A DNA stretch of 64,000 nt from the human T2T-CHM13v2.0 reference genome, Homo sapiens (GCF_009914755.1 NC_060933.1), one strand, 5' to 3'; shown: positions 1 through 15,655, counted from the stretch's first letter. Notes: generated by a model from the sequence alone, not told the origin. Translations and numbers: made by a program.

Positions 1-538
1 TTGGGAGGCTGAGGTGGGTGGATCACGAGGTCAGGAGTTCAAGACTGGCCTGGCCAAGATGGTGAAACCCCATCTCTACTAAAAATACAAAAATTACCCA
101 GGCACGGTGGCAAAGCGCACACGTAATCCCAGCTACTCAGGAGGCTGAGGCAGGAGAATTGCTTGACCTGGGGGGCAGAGGCTTCAGTGAGCCGAGATCA
201 CGCCACTGCACTCCAGCCGGGGTGACAGAGTGAGACTCCATCTCAACAACAACAACAACAAAAAGAGTAAAAAGCTGCAGAATTTCCACTTTGTTGCTAC
301 CTCGCTTCTTTAGATTTACTCGTGCTCTTCCTAGTTTTTGGACCTCAGGTCTTAAACAGAGGACGTTTATTGATGAAAGAGAAACTGTCCCAATTATCTT
401 CATAAAGACCTCTCATAGCCCTCTGATCCTATTATAAAGCCATCTGTTTATTTTAAATCGTAAGAGTTCTGGAACATTCATTTGGGAATATATGCAACAA
501 TTCAAGAGTGCAATCGACAATATAAAAAATTTTTCTAA

Positions 539-945
539 GCCTATAATCCCAGCACTTTGGGAAGCCGAGGTGGGCAGATCACAAGGTCAGAAGATTGAGA
601 CCATCCTGGCTAACAAGGTGAAACCCCGTCTCTACTAAAAATACAAAAAATTAGGCTGGACACAGTGGCTCAGGCCTGTAATCCCAACACTCTGGGGGGC
701 CGAGGCGGGCGGATCACAAGGTCAGGAGATCGAGACCATCCTGGCTAACACGGTGAAACCCCGTCTCTACTAAAAATACAAAAAATTAGCTGGGCGTGGT
801 GGCGGGCACCTGTAGTCCCAGCTACTCGGAAGGCTGAGGCAGGAGAATGGTGTGAACCCAGGAGGCGGAGCTTACAGTGAGCCAAGATAGAGCCAATGCA
901 CCCCAGCCTGGGCGACAGAGCGAGACTCCTCTCAAAAAAAATAAA
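539..945 (+). mobile_element. AluY-like element with an extra left monomer (left-left-right)
   Basis: Two successive left arms (gagaccatcctggctaac...aaaaatacaaaaaatta), then a right arm and A tail; flanks share an aaat(T)n-ctaa motif. Confidence 0.8.
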
Positions 946-1376
946 TTTTTTCTAAATCACATCAATACCAACACAAAGGAGAAGTAAGAGAACCAGTGTT
1001 TTCTGTAGGATAAAAACAATACAAATTGGATAAAGGCAAACCACTCCATGAAAATTTACTATCACATATAAATTAATAAAAGCTCTGGACCCATGGGAAA
1101 AACCACAGAAAAGAAGGTATAAGGTGGCTGCTGACACCAATAAATATAATTTGCATAGTGCTGTAAGTACATTTGTCACATACCAATTTAACTCATGAGG
1201 TTCATATTCCAATACAATTCTATGGATTTAGAAATTAAAGGCTGCGCGCAATGGCTCTCATCTGTAATCCCAGCATTTTGGGAGGCTGAGGTGGGTGGAT
1301 CACCTGAAGTCAGGAGTTTGAGATCAGTCTGGCCAACATGACAAAACCCTGTCTCTAGTAAAAATACAAAAAGTTA

Positions 1377-1520
<144 letters not shown>

Positions 1521-1884
1521 TCAAAAAAAAAAAAAAAAAAAAGAAATTTAATTAATTAATTAAAGAGAATAAGAAAACTTAGGCATACACCATGTAAGTC
1601 GCAAAACCTAAATTTAGAACAGTACATACAGCTTTATATTCAATGACGTATTAAACCCTCTATCAGGAGTTAAATAACTGAATAGTTCCCAGTTTCTTGA
1701 GATCTGTTTAACTACATAAAATAATGATTTTGTCAATTCATTTTGATATAAAATGCCCAAGGTTCAACCTCACAAATAAGAACACAACAAACTAGTATGA
1801 AATTCCCAAGGCTTTTAGTATTTACTTTCCTACAGCTAGGATAGTGATTATTCCCCAGGATTAAATAAGTAATATCAAATTTTA

Positions 1885-2118
<234 letters not shown>

Positions 2119-2301
2119 TTATCAAAAATACAGAACCTAAACTGCATTACAAATCTTAAATAAGTTAAAGGGCAATTAATAATTCCAAATACTTTTATTA
2201 AATTCAGTAACAAGCTACTATTTAAATCCATAATCCTATTAAGTAAAACCACAGACGTTGCACAATGTGAATGTACTTAACACTGCTGAACTATACACTT
2301 A

Positions 2302-2667
<366 letters not shown>

Positions 2668-2854
2668 TTAGCATTAATCAACACATTTAACTGCACCCCA
2701 AATATAGTTTCACTTCAAAATAACTTCGTATATTATACAACTCACAAAACTATCGTGTTTTTAAAATAATCAGTGAGTATGTTAAGAATTTTATTTTACT
2801 GAATGAGGGAATCAGACATATTATAACCCATTCATTCATATATGTACTATCAAT

Positions 2855-3454
2855 TTTTGCTATCTGTGGTAGTAATGTTCTATAAAGTCACTGTGAAAAC
2901 TGAATTAGCAAATACACAACCATTGCTCCTAGGGGAAATACAGGGTTAGGTTCCTGTAATCACAAGGTTTTCATGAACCAATCAATACATAAATTCATTT
3001 TATGTGTGTTTCTGTTTAAAGACACCTTATTTAATACAGACTGCTAACTCATTAACACTGAACTCATAGCCAACAGCGTATGTAACATGCGCTTTCTCTG
3101 TAAAGCACATTATAACCTTCTCGCACTTAGCAACATGAAAGAACACTTTAGCATTATGCTTGGGAGCTAGTTTAAATAGCAAAATGACCAACAAAAGCAA
3201 AAAAATGCATGGCAATAAACAGACTGCAAAAAAGATACTTGCTTACAGTATGAGTGCTGAAAAAAGAAGGCAAGCATTCCCTTGTACAACCTCAGCTAAG
3301 AATGTGTTGTATCAGGAGACTCAAGTCTTTCCACTACTCAGTGCATGTTTGTGAATGACCTGTACAACAAGTACTACTGATCTGGGCTTACAAATAATTT
3401 TGGTGAGTAGGTACATTCGCAAATATGGAATCCACAAATAACGAGCCTCAACTG
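2855..3454 (-). mobile_element. MER82-like Tigger-family DNA transposon relic
   Basis: Terminal cagttgaggctcgttatttgtggattccatatttgcg on minus; internal ctcctaggggaaatacagggttagg; family name from recalled consensus. Confidence 0.55.
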
Positions 3455-3480
3455 TTTGCATATGTGTGTACATATATACA

Positions 3481-5836
3481 CAGATAGTTCTTAATTTACT
3501 AGGAGGTTATGTCCCAATAAGTCCACTGTAAATCTAAAATATCTGAAGTCAGAAATCCATTTAAGTAACCATGAAAAACCCACTCTAAAGTCAAAAAATC
3601 TAAGTTGAACCACTATAGGTGTGTTAGTCCATTCTCACGCTGCTATGAAGAAATACCAGAGACTGGGTAATTTATAAAGAAAAGAAGTTTAATTGACTCA
3701 CAGTTCCACACGGCTGGGGAGGCCCCAAGAAACTTACAATCATGGCAGAAGGCACCTCTTCACAGGGCCACAGGAGAGAATGCATGCAAGCAGGGAAAAT
3801 GCCAGACGCTTATGAAACCATCAGGTCTCATGAAACTCACTATCACAAGAACAACATGGGGGAAACCACCTCCATCATTCAATTACCTCCACCTGGTTCC
3901 GCCCTTAACACCTGGGGATTATTAGAATTCAAGGTGAGATTTGTGAGGGGACACAGAGCCAAACCATATCATTCTGTCCCTGCCCCCTCTCTCAAATCTC
4001 ATGTCCTCACATTTCAAAACACAACCATGCCCTTCCAACAGTCCCCATCCCCCAAAGTCTTAACTCATTCCAGCATTAACTCAAAAGTCCAAGTCCAAAG
4101 TCTCATCTGAGGCAAGGCAAGTCTCTTCCACCTAGGAGCCTGTAAAATCAAAAGCAAGTTAAGTTACTTCCTAGATACAATGGGGGGACAGGCATTGGCT
4201 AAATACACCCATCCCAAATGGGAGAAACTGACTAAAACAAAGGGGCTACAGGCCCCATGCCAAGTCTGAAATCTAATAGGGGCAGTCAAGTTCCAAAATG
4301 ATCTCCTTTGACTGCATGTCTCAAATTCAGATCATGCAAATGCAAGAGGTGAGCTCCCACAGCCTTAAAAAGCTCTGCCCCTATGGTTTTGCATGGTACA
4401 CAACCCGCCTCAGGCTGGTGTTGAATGTCTGCAGCTTTTCCAGGTGCATGGTGCAAGCTGTCGGTGGATCTACCATTCTGGGGTCTGGAGGATGGTGGCC
4501 TTCTTCTCACAGCCAGTGCCCCAGTGCGGACTCGGTGTCGGGGATGCAACCCCACATTTCCCTTCCACACAGTCCTAGCACAGGTTCTCCACGAAGTCTT
4601 CGTCCCTGCAGCAGACTTCTACCTGGACATCCAGGCATTTCCACATGTCTTCTGAAATCTAGGCAGAGTTTCCCAAACCTCAATTCTTGTCTTCTGCACA
4701 TCCGCAGACCCAACACCATGTGGAAGCTGCCAAGGCTTGGGGCTTGCACCCTCTGAAACAACAGCCTCAGCTATACCTTGGTCCCTTTTAGCCAAGACTG
4801 GAGCAGCTGGGACACAGGGCACCAAGTCCCAACGCTGCACGCAGCAGGAAGGCCCGGGACCCAGGCCAGGAAACCATTTTTCCCTCCTAGGCCTCTCGTC
4901 CTATGATGAGAGGGGCTGCCAGGAAGGTCACTGGTATGCCTTGGAGGTGTTTTCCCCATTGTCTTGGTGATTAGTGTTTGGCAGCCTGCTTGAATTTCTC
5001 CCTAGAAAATGGGTTTTTCTTTTCTACTGCATCATCGGGCTGCAAATTTTCCTTTTATGCTCTGTCACTTCCTAAATGCCTTGCTGCTTAGAAATTTCTT
5101 CTGCCAGATACCCTAAATCATCTCTCTCAAGTTCAGAGTTCCACAGATCTCTAGGGCAGGGGCAAAAAGCCACCAGTCTCCCTGCTAGAGCAGAGCAAGA
5201 GTGATCTTTACTCCAGTTCCCAACACGCTCCTCATCTCCATCTGAGACCACCTCAGCCTGGAGTTCATTGGCCATATCATTATCAGCATTTGGGTCAAAG
5301 CCATTCAACAAGTCTCTAGAAGTTCTCAACTTTCCCACATTTTCCTGTCTTCTTGTGAGCCCTCCAAACTGTTCCAACCTCTGCCTGTTACCCAGTTCCA
5401 AAGTCGCTTCCACGTTTTCAGGTATCTTTACAGCATCACCCCACTTTCTGGTACCAATTTACCATATTAGTCAGTTCTCACACTGCTATGAGGAAATACC
5501 CAAGACTGGATAGTTTATAAAGAAAAGAGGTTTAATTGACTCAAAGTTCCGCATGGCTGGGGAGGCCTCAGGAAACTTACAATCACGGCAGAAGGTACCT
5601 CTTCACAGGGACCCAGGAGAGGGAATGAGCGCAAGCAGGGGAAATGCCAGACACTTATGAAACCATCAGATCTCATGAGACTCACTATCACCATAACAGC
5701 ATTTGGGAAATTGCCCCAATCATTCAATTACCTCTACCTGGTCCTGCCCTTGATGTGTGGGGATTATTACAATTCGAGGTGTAATTTGGGTGGGGACACA
5801 GAGCCAAACCATATCAGTAGGTCAGGGACCATCTGT
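3481..5836 (+). mobile_element. MER47-like Tigger MITE split by the MaLR insertion (3481-3619 and 5817-5836)
   Basis: cagatagttc...taagttgaaccactatagg resumes as gtaggtcagggaccatctg-ta after the LTR element. Confidence 0.55.
3620..5816 (-). mobile_element. Full-length THE1/MST-type ERVL-MaLR: LTR 3620-3971, internal 3972-5462, LTR 5463-5816
   Basis: Two ~350-bp direct repeats ending ccaaaccatatca (reverse of LTR start tgatatggtttgg); ~1.5-kb MaLR internal region; 5-bp TSD atagg/gtagg. Confidence 0.92.
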
Positions 5837-6247
5837 ACATATATATTTAGATACATTATCCAGGATGGACCCTGTACATCTCCTCCCCACATCAGTGAGT
5901 CATATAAGTCTGTCAGTTCTATAAAGCTAGACGTAAGTATGTTGATAATTTTACTATGACAGCTGATATACATATACTCCCCAAAGCAACAGGAAAATGG
6001 AACTGATACTTATTTCCTCTAAAATGTACTAAATTTTAAAATTATTACTATCATTAGATACATATCATAAATTCCTGATCTGCTAAAATTCTTTAAGAAT
6101 TAGGGAACTAATGAGTACAGTTAATATTCTAGTTAGAATTTTAAAAAGGCTCTAAAATAAAATTTCAATTAAAAGACTTAAGAGTTCTATTTAAATATGG
6201 CTGGGCGTGGTGGCTCATGCCTATAATCCCAGCACTTGGGAGGCCTA

Positions 6248-6532
<285 letters not shown>

Positions 6533-7299
6533 TCAGGGTATATAAAAGTCAGCTTTATTATTTAAATTCTGTAACATTCATTGTATCCATGTATTTTAAC
6601 TGCACATCCCATTTTCAAAGTAATATTATTATGCTAGGATTAAGGCAAACCAATAATTTACCAAATTTACTTTGGAGTTAAACTGAAATCATCTCATTCC
6701 ATCAAAAACTGAAGATTTTACTAGACATCATTAATTCCTGTCCATAATCTCAAATTAGAAAAATTAACACATTTAGCTCTAACAGTATAACATTCCTCTT
6801 ATGTAACAGGTTTCAAATTCCAAGTAAATGACTTGAGTTAAACCTCCATGAAAACGTATTTCTGGTCAGAACAAACCCAATTCAACACAAATTCTCCCTC
6901 CTGAAAAACCAGAAAAACAACAGTAAAGAGATTATTTTAAAAGTATAAACTCTTAAAACCAAACAAGGCAAAAATAAAATTTGGAAGCTAAAAAGACAAC
7001 TAAAGAAGTTGAATCTTAAGCACCCTCATTTACAATTTAAAATCCCCAAAGGGCTCAAAATTGGGGTGACCAGGAACTTCAGGAGTAGGAAAAGACCTCA
7101 AAAATAATTACAGGAAAATGTTTTAAAACCTCAAATATTTATTTTTTTTTAAAGATATGGCTCTAAGTCTAAAAGCCACAGAAGACTGATCTACCACAAA
7201 GTTACTGTATAAAAGATAAATTTTTTTACATGAATCATTTTTCTTAACCTCAAAAAAAGCAGTTCTTAAAAAGGACCATGCAAGGCAATCTTAATAATC

Positions 7300-8222
7300 A
7301 ATGGGAAAAGTTACGATTGTTCTGTGACCTTTAAAATTTGTCAGAATATTAAGTAGTCTATTACTGACGGTTATGTAAATGCATAAGGAAATGAAATAGT
7401 AAAACCAATACCAACTTAGTATGCTGTAACTTAAAACATTAGGAACACTGATATTAAAGTGTATCATTTCTTTGTATTAAAAAAAATCTATCAAGAATAG
7501 TTTGAACAGTGCTTGCCTTCTTCTAGTGATATTTATTATGATATGGAATGCGTCTATCTTCTATGCCTTGGCAAACTGTCATACTCCTAAGTTTAGATCA
7601 CATTCCAATATTTTATCCTTCATGCTTTCAATGATGTGAAATATCCTCAATGTTTTTTGTTGGTATCACTTCTATTAATAGGATATCTTCATATTTTCCA
7701 TTACAACTACCTTTTTCATTTATGTTGATAAGCTTGCCTTCACTAAGTTTCTCTGGCTGGACAATTAGTGTCTCTCCAACTGCAAACCATCTATATTCAC
7801 AAGGTAAGCTATTTATTCTATTATTCCATTTATGTTAAATTCAAATTTCCCATCTAGCATTAGGATTTTTGCTGCACTATCATCTTTGTTGACCAATTTC
7901 CTTGTTTATTTTGGTAAACTGTCACATGGGGACATCATTAGGAGACAGAGGCCAACTATACATCCGACTGTGCATGATTTTGAGAAACCAATGCATGGTG
8001 ACCAATCACCAAGAAGCTTTAAAAGTGACATTATATGCACCTGTCATTTACATCTTAATTTGTAGGTTGAAAGACTAGCAGCAAATGTTGTAGTTTATAC
8101 AATTAGTTAATATGGCAGGGTAGGTGAAATTTTAACCATGTTGTTAGTGGACTGTTACTTAGCTAAGTCATGGCAATTGAAATTTGTGCCTACAGGAACT
8201 ATGTAAAGCTAAGGACTGCCTA
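7300..8222 (-). mobile_element. Ancient Tigger-family relic (Tigger13a-like)
   Basis: Minus strand gaagaaggcaagcactgttcaaactattcttgatag and neighbouring blocks resemble the recalled consensus. Confidence 0.5.
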
Positions 8223-8769
8223 TATATACCCTTCTCTCTTCAAGCTTTGAGTTTAAATTCCACTTTTAACAGACAGCAGTATTGCCATTCCTGCTTTCTT
8301 TGTGACATTGTATCATTGCTTGCTCTTGTTTTGTTTGAGCTTTGTCTCACAAAATAAGACATAGCAAAGTGGTTTATTAAAACAGAAAGTCTTAACAGAA
8401 CTATATTCATTCATAAAATGTAATGTTTACATTTAGTTTTATTCACACCACCTCATTTTACGTGTACCTTTTCACTACAATTGTTTTTTATTCTTAACTT
8501 TGCTAAGTAGGTTTTTAAAAAAATTCACCCCTTGCTCCTACTCCCAGATTCAGATTTACAAGTTGTACCTTTCATTATTAACCATAATGGTTCAACTGAT
8601 GTCATACATAAATTCACGTATCTTAATATACCAAAAATTAAATAACTATGTTCTTCCAACTGAAAAGACTTTTACAAATGTAAATTCATGTTAAGTACAG
8701 AAGATTTTTAAATTCGCACACTTTTTTTTAGTTCACATAATTCAACATCATTAAGTTATCCAGGAAATG

Positions 8770-9680
<911 letters not shown>

Positions 9681-10540
9681 TTAATAAAGCTGTTAAAATT
9701 TTTTGACAATAACATATCCTATCAAAGTAAACTAATCCACAATCTCACCAACTAAATCTACTGTTTTCAGCCCACTTATTTGTATATATACATATATAAC
9801 TATGCAATTTCAATGTATATGATACAAACTTACTCAAAAGTAGACCTCTTTAAATTAAAATGAGTATCTTTTTATGTCAACAATTACTTAACACCTACAC
9901 ACTATTTCACTGAATAGCTAAACCTATTGTTGGGCCATTTTCCATGTCAAATTTTATATTATAAAATCACACTGCTATAATAAACATATTGCTCAATCTC
10001 TGCACCTATCTTCACAATAAATTCTAAGAATAAGTGGGTCAAGCCGGGAATGGTGGCTCACATTTGTAACCCCAGCCCCAGCACTTTGGGAGGCCAAGGC
10101 GGGCGTGTCACCTGAGGTCAGGAGTTCGAGACCAGCCTGGCCAAGACGGCAAAACCCCATCTCTACTAAAAATACAAAAATTAGCCAGCCGTGGTGGCGT
10201 GCACCTATAATCCCAGCCACTAGGAAGCCTGAAGCAGGAGAATCGCCTGAATTCGGGAGGCGGAGATTGCAGTGAGACAAGATCGTGCCACTGCATTCCA
10301 GCCTGGGTGACAGAGTGAGGCTCCGTTTCAAAACACAAAACAAAACAAAAAAACAAAGAGTAAGATATGCTCAAGACTGATGAACTCTTAATGAGACTCA
10401 AAAATGACAGCAGATGGAAAAAAAAAAAAATCTTCCTTGGGCACGCAGTCCGACAGGTTTGGTGAACAGGGACCAGATTAGTTTTTCGACGGACATCACT
10501 ATACTACTTCCCAAGGGTACAACCTTGTGCAGCTGTGGTT

Positions 10541-10850
10541 CTGATTCATTCTTCAAGGCATTCCACTTTAAAATTACATATAAAAAAATCCTTAATATGC
10601 TAAGTAAATGCAGGATATAATTATACATAATATCAAATACCAAAAAATTGTAAGTCAGTCTGAAATACATCAAAATGTTAACAGTAGGTCTGACTGATTC
10701 ATTCTTCAAGGCATTCCACTTTAAAATAACATACCAAATGCTTAACATGCACACAAAAGCAGGGCATAACTATATACGACAGAAGCTCCTTTAAAAAATG
10801 CACAGACAAGTTTGAAAAAAACACGTCAAAATATTACCAGGTTTAGGGGT
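10541..10850. repeat. Degenerate ~153-bp tandem duplication with a 34-bp identical core
   Basis: ctgattcattcttcaaggcattccactttaaaat at 10541-10574 and 10694-10727. Confidence 0.85.
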
Positions 10851-11586
10851 TATTTCTAAAAAATAGGAGTAAAAAGGATTTGTTTCCTTCTATATTGTTT
10901 TTTAAAATTTTAACAAGAAAAGATACACATTCAAGGTAACTTACCCACCAAATTCCAGAGCTGAAAGGAAACTGAGGGATCACCAAAAACCTCATTTTAA
11001 AGATTAGAAAATTGAAATTCAAAAAGACTGACTCAGGCAAGGTCACCTACCTATTAAAACAGCAGAGTCTCAACTTGCAGTGTTCCTTAAAGAGGTTTTG
11101 GACTTTCCTTTAACCATTGTAATACAGTCTTTGAAACATCTCCTAATAAAATATTCATGCTATTTCTCTATATGTACGAACTCAGACCTCAAATACCAAT
11201 GTCAAAGCTTGTAAGAGTCAAGACTGATGTAAAACATTCTAAGAAAACAGGAAATCATTAACTGAATTCAATACTAGTTTTATAATACTGAGGCAGCTCA
11301 AATGCTACAATGTGTTTCTTACATGGCACACACGTTGAAGCCCTAAGTGTGTACATGTGCATTCCAATTTTCCTAATGGTATATAAACAAAGACAAGCAG
11401 TTCTCTCTCTTAATTCACTTTTTGTGAATAATATGAATACCCACAAGAACACACACAAAAATTCAGTTGTTACACAACTAGAACTCTTAAAAGAAACAAG
11501 TCACAGGCCAGGCACGGTGGCTCATGTCTGTAATCCCAACACTTTAGGAGGCTGAGGTGGGAGGAACATTTGAGCCCAGGAGTTCA

Positions 11587-11864
<278 letters not shown>

Positions 11865-12216
11865 TTAAGTGTTGCCAAGTAATATTGCTAAACAGAAAAA
11901 TTCCATTTTTAACAACATATTGATTCTAACTTGCTGCTTCATTTCTACATTACTAAATCACAAAATATGAAAGTTTATTATAAATATTTTATATTTTATA
12001 ATAGCATGTATTAGTCTATAACAGAAAAATTATTCAACAGACAACTGAATATGCACGCACTATTTCTCATGAACCTGCTGGTAAAAAGAGATCAATAGGG
12101 CTGGGCGTGGTGGCTCACGCCTGTAATCCCAGCACTGTGGAGGCCGAGGCAGGAGGATCATGACGTCAGGAGATCAAGACCATCCTGGCTATCACGGTGA
12201 AACCCGGTCTCTACTA

Positions 12217-12411
<195 letters not shown>

Positions 12412-13656
12412 TCATCTCATTATTTGGTGTAAAATTTAAGAGAAACCATACAAGTCCCACACCAATACGTGCAGCTATGAAACTTGTACAGAAGAACTAG
12501 TGTAGAAGAAAAAAATCCTATCCTAAGATTCATTACTTTATTTTCTTCTTGTCACCACTATCAGTACCTCTGCACTGACCTTCACTCCTAAAACTATAAA
12601 TTAGACGGGTTTTAAAACAGCCTGTGATGTATATTTAAAGTTCCTAAAACTGAGCACCCAACTTCTTTGCATTAAGACAATTAAGAGCAGTAAGGAGGAA
12701 AAAACAGCAAAATATCTTTATTTAAATTTCCTAGACTTCTAAGATACAGAACTAGGTAGGAATAGTCCCTGAATTAGCAAAGGTAATTAGTCACCAAAAC
12801 TCAAACTGAGCTTCATTTCAATTTAATAAATACTACTAGAAGTCTTGGAAAAATGGGTAAATCCCCACAACTCTTGTTCCCAAAATGAAATAAAAGTTTG
12901 CCAAAGCTGAACATTTTAAATAAATAATAGCCAAGCATTGTTCTAAGCATTATTCATGTCATGTCTTATTTGCATCCCAAGATTCTGAGGCAAGATAATA
13001 TTATCCCCACTTTACAAATGACAAAGAAAAAAAACACAAATATAAGTAACCTGCCCAAGGTTATATAGCAGGTAAATGGCAGTCAGTATTCAAAAACAAA
13101 CTTCTGATCTAGTTGCTCTACATAAACGTTGGCTAATGGACAGCAAATGCATAATCAACAAATGACTTTATCTAGTGCACAAAGCTTTCAATCACCAAAT
13201 ATTTATTTAACAGCTACTAAGTGCCAGGCACTTAAGTTAATGATGACAAGATAGACAAGGTCCCTGCTGATCCAGCTCTTCGAGTGTGGGTGAAAAAAAG
13301 AGAAAAGGGGAAAAAAAAAAATTCAGTCACTGTTGCAGTGGGGAAAATAAACACGAGGAGGAGGATGTGAGCTAAGATCTAAATGACTTCAAATATCCGA
13401 AGGCATAACCTTCCCCGCAAAGGGAAAACAAAAGACCTGAGATAAGATGAGGCTTATTTTTACAATAGAAAAAAGCGGTGAAAAATGTAATGAGGCTGGA
13501 GAGGTAAGCATGGGCTAGTTCGTATAGGTTTTTATAAATATCATTTGTAGGTAGTTTTTGGTTTTGATTCACTGCTAATGTTAAAATAGGGAGTCACTGA
13601 AGGTTTTCAGTGAAATGACATGATCTGACTGAGATATAAAGATCTCTTTGACTAGA

Positions 13657-14306
13657 CAGTTGTACCTCCGTATCCGTAAGACTGTGGATTATCCTTCCTC
13701 GACCCCTGCAGATACCAAAATTCACAGATGTTTAAGTCCCTTATATAAAACAGCATATATATATATATATATATATATAAAACGCACACCCTCCCATATA
13801 CTTTAAATCTGGGGTCTCCAGCCCCCTGGCCAAGGACCAGTACCCGTCCGTGGCCTGTTAGGAACCACGCTACACAGCAGGAGGGAGGCATTACCACCTG
13901 AGCTCTGCCTCCTGTCAGATCAGTGGCAGCATTAGATCCTCACAGAAGCACAAACCCTACTGTGCACTGCACATGCAAGGGATCTAGTCTGAGTGCTCCT
14001 TATAAGAATCTAAGTAATGGCTGCTGATCTGAGGTGGAACAGTTTTCATCCCAAAACCATCCCCCCAAACCCCCGTGGAAAAAACTGTCTTCCATTGCTG
14101 CTTTAAATCATCTCTAGATCACTTATAATACCTAATACAATGTAAATGCTATATAGTTGTTACATTGCATTAAGGTAATAATGACAAAGAAAAAAAATCT
14201 ATACATATTCACTACAGACATAACCATCTTTTTCCCCCAAATATTTTCAATCTGTGACAGGATGACTCCATGGATACAGAACCCACAGATACAGCAGGCC
14301 AACTGT
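13657..14306 (+). mobile_element. MER2-like Tigger element with nested MER1B-like hAT element (13809-14100)
   Basis: Outer termini cagttg...caactg-ta; inner element flanked by 8-bp TSD ctttaaat (13801-13808 and 14101-14108). Confidence 0.75.
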
Positions 14307-15655
14307 ATATGAAGAGTGGAAACTGAAACCAACATAGAGTAAGCGCACTATTTTTAATTTTTTTACCCCCCAAGACAGGGTCTTACTATGTTACAAGCCA
14401 GATTTGAACTCCTGGGATCAAGGGATCCTCCTGCCTCAGCCTCCTGAGTAGCTGGGACTACAGACATGTCCCAGTGTGCCCAACTTAGGACATTATTTAC
14501 AGAAGTAATTACGCATGGACTTGAATTATACAAAGATGACCAAGAGCGGACAGATCCGAATACATTTGAAAGGCAAAGAACAAGATTTGCTGACTGACTA
14601 GATGTAGAAAGGAAGGGGAAAGACTATAACATGTAATCAAGGATAATACCAAGACTTGGCTTCAGTAAGAATTGAGTCTATGTCATTCCCACTTACTAAA
14701 AATCTGTCTGAATATGTTAGGTTTAAAATATCTAGTACATGGTCACAGTTAGGGCTCACTGTCTAATATTCAAAACTTGATTGCTGAACATTTACTATGA
14801 ATGTCCTAAGTAAAATCAGACGTCTGTAGGCCAGGAAAAGAATGCAGTTACAAAAGAATTCTGCTCTAAATTAACAATTAAAAAACCTTAATCTATAAAC
14901 CAGTTACGAATTAGTACAATTTCCAAATATACCTTTCTTCTAGTTTAGCAGACTACTAAACTATTTATGCAAAATCCAAACTAAAAAGTTCAAACAGGCC
15001 AGGCACAGAGGCTCATACCTGTAATCCCAGCACTTTGGGAGGCCAAGGCAGGTGGATCACTTGAGGTCAGGAGTTTGAGACCAGCCTGGCCAACATGGTG
15101 AAACCCCATCTCTACTAAAAACACAAAAATTAGATGGGTGTGGTGGCGGGTGCCTGTAATCCTGACTAGTTGGGAGGCTGAGGCAGAGGAATCACTTGTA
15201 TCTCAGAGGTGGAGGTTGCAATGAGCCGAGATGGTGCCACTGCACTCCAGCCTGGGCAACAGAGGAGACTCCATCACAAAAAATAAAAAAATAAAAAAAT
15301 AAAGTAGCCTGTAATCTCAGCACTTTGGGAGGCTAAGGCAGGAGGATCACTTGAAACCAGGCGTTGGAGACCAGCCTGGGCCATGTAGCAAGACCCCATC
15401 TCTAAAAAATAATAATAATAATAAAAAATACAAAAATTAGCAAGCTACTGCAGTTATCAGCTACTTGGGAAGTTGAGATGGGAGGATCACTTAGGCCCAG
15501 GAGTTCAAGGATGCAGTCAACTATGATCGCCGCTGTGTTCCATCCTGGGCCATGGAATGAGACTCTGTCTCCAAAAAAAAAAAAACTTCAAATAACTACC
15601 CTCCCAAATTTTGAGGGGAAAAAAGATCATCAGAGACCTAGTTTCCAAAAATTAG

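Noticed and set aside
3742-5959. Cluster of 60-152-aa ORFs
   Set aside because: All fall within the MaLR LTR/internal sequence; fragmentary.
10375-10545. Possible intronic C/D-box snoRNA (TGATGA ... CTGA)
   Set aside because: Boxes are on the strand opposite the host transcript, with no terminal stem or recognisable guide.
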